This document shows positions 14,969-17,406 of a stretch of 17,406 nt of DNA, piece by piece. The DNA is from Candidatus Aenigmatarchaeota archaeon. Lineage in GTDB: Archaea > Aenigmatarchaeota > Aenigmatarchaeia > GW2011-AR5 > JAGGXF01. Location: assembly GCA_029932645.1 (NCBI GenBank), contig JAOZPR010000004.1, positions 26,048 through 43,453 on the forward strand, read 5' to 3'. The position numbers were made by a program, and so were the translations under genes. Position 1 is the first letter of the stretch, and every line of letters starts with the position of its first letter. The notes below the pieces were generated by a model that made no database searches, was not told where the DNA came from, and saw nothing but the letters and a program-made list of their open reading frames with translations.

Positions 14969-15685
14969 ATGACAGAACTCATACACATGAAAGACTGTTA
15001 TGTAAAAGAATGGGATGCTGTTATCGAAAGCATAAACAAAGACGCACAGGGCACATTTGTTGTTCTCGACAGGACAGCTTTTTATCCTGAGTCTGGTGGC
15101 CAGCTCACAGACAAAGGCAGTATTACATGGGACACACAAAAAGCAAATGTTGTCAAGGTCACAAAAGGTGGGTTGATAAAACATTATATAGACGGACCAG
15201 AACCGCCTATTGGCCAAACAGTACGTTGTGTTCTTGATTGGGACAGGAGATATAAACTGATGAGAATGCATACTGCCCAACACATCATATCTGCAGTCGC
15301 GCTGAAGAGATTCGGTTCTACAACAGTCGGCAACCAGATTCATACAGACCACTCACGGCTTGATATGCGACCTTCGACACTTTCTCAAGAGGATTTGATA
15401 TTTCTCGAGCATAAATCCAATGAAATCGTAGATTCGGCTATTCCAATAAAAATATATGAAGTTGACAGAGAAACAGCAGAAAAAAACCCCGAAGAATATA
15501 GATGTAACTTTGCACTGCTGCCAAAGTTCATCAAAAAAATCCGGGTCGTTGATATAGAAGGCTTTGATAAGGCAGTCTGTGCTGGCACACATGTCGCGAA
15601 CACGAAAGAGGTTGGCCACTTCAAAATATTGAAAAGAGAGAACAAGGGCAAGGAAACAGAAAGAATTATATATGAGCTTGTTTGA
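14969..15685 (+). CDS. alaX: Alanyl-tRNA editing protein, AlaX-M type
   Basis: VLDRTAFYPESGGQ..DKG plus zinc motifs RMHTAQH (HxxxH) and CAGTH (CxxxH); about 240 aa. The start is ATG 14969 or GTG 14960. Confidence 0.93.
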   Translation: MTELIHMKDCYVKEWDAVIESINKDAQGTFVVLDRTAFYPESGGQLTDKGSITWDTQKANVVKVTKGGLIKHYIDGPEPPIGQTVRCVLDWDRRYKLMRMHTAQHIISAVALKRFGSTTVGNQIHTDHSRLDMRPSTLSQEDLIFLEHKSNEIVDSAIPIKIYEVDRETAEKNPEEYRCNFALLPKFIKKIRVVDIEGFDKAVCAGTHVANTKEVGHFKILKRENKGKETERIIYELV

Positions 15686-15703
15686 CTGGCCTACTCTATT
15701 GGT

Positions 15704-15910
15704 CTATTCGATTCTCTTTGGTTTCCATTTAGCAGGCATTATGTCCTTTATCGCATTGTTACGAAATATTTCACTTACACTGTTTTCTTTTGCGCGCCTT
15801 CTTATGAATTCTGGACAGAGTGCAAACTCTTCTGAACATTTCTTATATATTTTTTTATAAGAGCAATCCGCCTCAAACGGGCATTTTTCCAGCATAGATA
15901 TACAACTCAC
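15704..15910 (-). CDS. Small Cys-rich hypothetical protein coupled to minD
   Basis: Its GTG overlaps the minD TGA (GTGA); ATG 15895 is an alternative start. Pattern CPF-x3-C-x8-C-x6-CPEF. It fills the gap between alaX and minD. Confidence 0.6.
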   Translation of the reverse strand: MSCISMLEKCPFEADCSYKKIYKKCSEEFALCPEFIRRRAKENSVSEIFRNNAIKDIMPAKWKPKRIE

Positions 15911-16674
15911 TCCTGCACAAAGAAGTTAAACAATCGCTGATACCACGGTTTGCTTACTTCAATGTCTTCTCCGACGACATTTGCAGCGAGTTTTTTAATT
16001 TTTTGGCTCACAAAAGCATTTGGTCTGTGCTGCACAACAGGTGTTCTGACCGAGATTGCCTCCTGAACAAGCTCATCTTCTGGTATTTCAGCTATTATAG
16101 GAATATTATCGAGCATTGCTGAGATATCACTCTTCTTCATTTCATACTTTTTTCTTTTTATCCTGTTCAAAACAACGCCAATAATTTTTGTTCCAAGCTC
16201 TTCAGCAAGTTTTACCGCTTTCAATGCGTCCGTAACAGAAGGTAGGTCAGGATTAGTAATGATTATTAACTCATCACTGGCCTCTATGGCTGCCAACGCC
16301 TCTCTTCCCAAGCCGGCAGCAGCGTCTATTAAGATTATGTCTGTCTTGCCTATGAGGTCAAGAAGAGCACCTGGTATGTCTCGAGCGTCCGCACCTTTCA
16401 AATCGTTAATGCCTATACCTGCTGGTATTATCCTGAGTCCGCTTTCATGCTGATATGTTGCCTCGTCTATTGTTGCCCGACCCTTCAGAACATCATGAAA
16501 ACCTGTCGGAAACAAATGAGCTCCCAAATGCATACCAAGGTTTGGTGTTGTCAGATTTGCATCAACAACAACAACATCATAACCCATCTTTGCCAGGGAT
16601 GCGCCAAGATTGGCAACTAGAGTTGTTTTTCCAGCCCCACCTTTACCAGAAACCACAGAAACTATTCTTGTCAT
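15907..16674 (-). CDS. minD: MinD-family ATPase (archaeal MinD)
   Basis: Deviant Walker A SGKGGAGKTT, VDANL..PNL, IDAAAGLG, GVVLNR, IPED..V and a C-terminal amphipathic helix WYQRLFNFF. Confidence 0.92.
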   Translation of the reverse strand: MTRIVSVVSGKGGAGKTTLVANLGASLAKMGYDVVVVDANLTTPNLGMHLGAHLFPTGFHDVLKGRATIDEATYQHESGLRIIPAGIGINDLKGADARDIPGALLDLIGKTDIILIDAAAGLGREALAAIEASDELIIITNPDLPSVTDALKAVKLAEELGTKIIGVVLNRIKRKKYEMKKSDISAMLDNIPIIAEIPEDELVQEAISVRTPVVQHRPNAFVSQKIKKLAANVVGEDIEVSKPWYQRLFNFFVQE

Positions 16675-16717
16675 CAGACCACGTTGAATTAAATATAAAG
16701 GGAAAAGATTTTATAGG

Positions 16718-17248
16718 TTATTTTACCCATGTTATGTCTGGTTGTTCCCTTTGTTTCGGTGCTGGCCTCTCTTTTATATGACCCAACACCATGGCTACTA
16801 CTGGTTCATATCCTTTTTTCATGCCCAATCTCTCCAGAAAACTTTGCTCAGCATGCTTTATCCTGCCTATGAAACATGTTCCCAAACCAAGCTCTGTGGC
16901 TGCCAGGACCATGTTTTCTGCCGCCATCGAACAGTCAACCACAGACCATTTATTACTCGTATCGCCGCATATTATAATAACCGCGGGCGCGCCATAAAAT
17001 ATCGGGTCGTCCACGTCTCTCAGCTTGTGACTCGGATCTGCTTCTTTCATAACATCTTGTATATGCTCAGAAAGCTCTTTTATTTTTTGCTTGCCTGTCA
17101 GCACCACAAATGACCACGGTTGCCTGTGATGTGCGCTCGGTGCCCACACACCGGCTTTGATAATCTTACTGATGGTCTCCTCTGGCACCTCTTTATCCAA
17201 ATATGCCCGAACACTTCTCCTCTTCTCAATTGCTTCGGTTACGTTCAT
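16718..17248 (-). CDS. Nitroreductase-family flavoprotein
   Basis: AIEKRRSVRAY, WAPSA...QPW.F and DCSMAAENMVLAATELGLGTC. ATG 17248 follows the SD-like GGGGTG. Confidence 0.93.
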   Translation of the reverse strand: MNVTEAIEKRRSVRAYLDKEVPEETISKIIKAGVWAPSAHHRQPWSFVVLTGKQKIKELSEHIQDVMKEADPSHKLRDVDDPIFYGAPAVIIICGDTSNKWSVVDCSMAAENMVLAATELGLGTCFIGRIKHAEQSFLERLGMKKGYEPVVAMVLGHIKERPAPKQREQPDITWVK

Positions 17249-17274
17249 GAAGAACACCCCATAAATATATCTGA

Positions 17275-17392
17275 TGCCCCCGACGGGATTCGAACCCGCG
17301 ACCCTCTGCTTTCTCCGTTTCTTCCGTCGACGCTTCTTTTTAAGAAGGGTCGATAGAAGGCAGATGCTCTGTCCAAGCTGAGCTACGGAGGC
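17275..17392 (-). tRNA. trnR: tRNA-Arg(TCT) with a 43-nt intron at 37/38 (17353-17311)
   Basis: Reverse complement: acceptor GCCTCCG/CGGGGGC, D-arm GCTC-AGCTTGGACA-GAGC (with the Arg identity element A20), anticodon stem TCTGC/GCAGA, anticodon TCT at 17357-17355, T-arm GCGGG-TTCGAAT-CCCGT, discriminator A. The intron pairs C32-U33-U34-C35 with GGAG before an AA|A bulge. Confidence 0.95.
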
Positions 17393-17406
17393 ATTTGCCA
17401 GATGTC

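Noticed and set aside
102..16997. Remaining short ORFs antisense to or nested in the assigned genes (e.g. 102-620, 4284-4826, 7170-7604, 14924-15352, 16791-16997)
   Set aside because: They overlap well-supported conserved genes and show no recognisable motifs.
17120..17356. 78-aa + strand ORF
   Set aside because: It is antisense to the nitroreductase and tRNA-Arg; APDGIRTRDPL is the typical reverse translation of a tRNA T-arm.

Overview
Archaeal chromosomal window of mostly information-processing genes; the compact proteins and GGTGA-type Shine-Dalgarno sites look DPANN-like, but the lineage is an inference. On the + strand: the 3' end of a probable surface protein, then nmd3-eif1A-dim2(KH)-top6B-top6A, a tRNA-Asn/tRNA-Phe pair, a membrane-anchored Cys-patterned coiled-coil protein, tRNA-splicing endonuclease endA, a 4xCBS + HPF/RaiA-like fusion and a 59-aa histone-fold gene missing from the ORF track. 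These are followed by glyS (-), a membrane-anchored S16 protease, pheS-pheT-alaX (+), and on the - strand tRNA-Arg, a nitroreductase, minD and a small Cys-rich ORF. The most notable signal is a possible atypical tRNA-splicing system. tRNA-Asn(GTT) has three introns (D-loop, 37/38, 59/60), tRNA-Phe(GAA) has two (84 nt at 19/20 and 13 nt at 37/38) and tRNA-Arg(TCT) has one, and all six junctions deviate from a strict bulge-helix-bulge (BHB). About 0.9 kb downstream of the Asn/Phe pair is a single-unit EndA that, by manual alignment to recalled homologues, has Ala at the catalytic Lys position and a basic insertion of about 6 aa between the catalytic Tyr and His. No mobile element or CRISPR array was seen.
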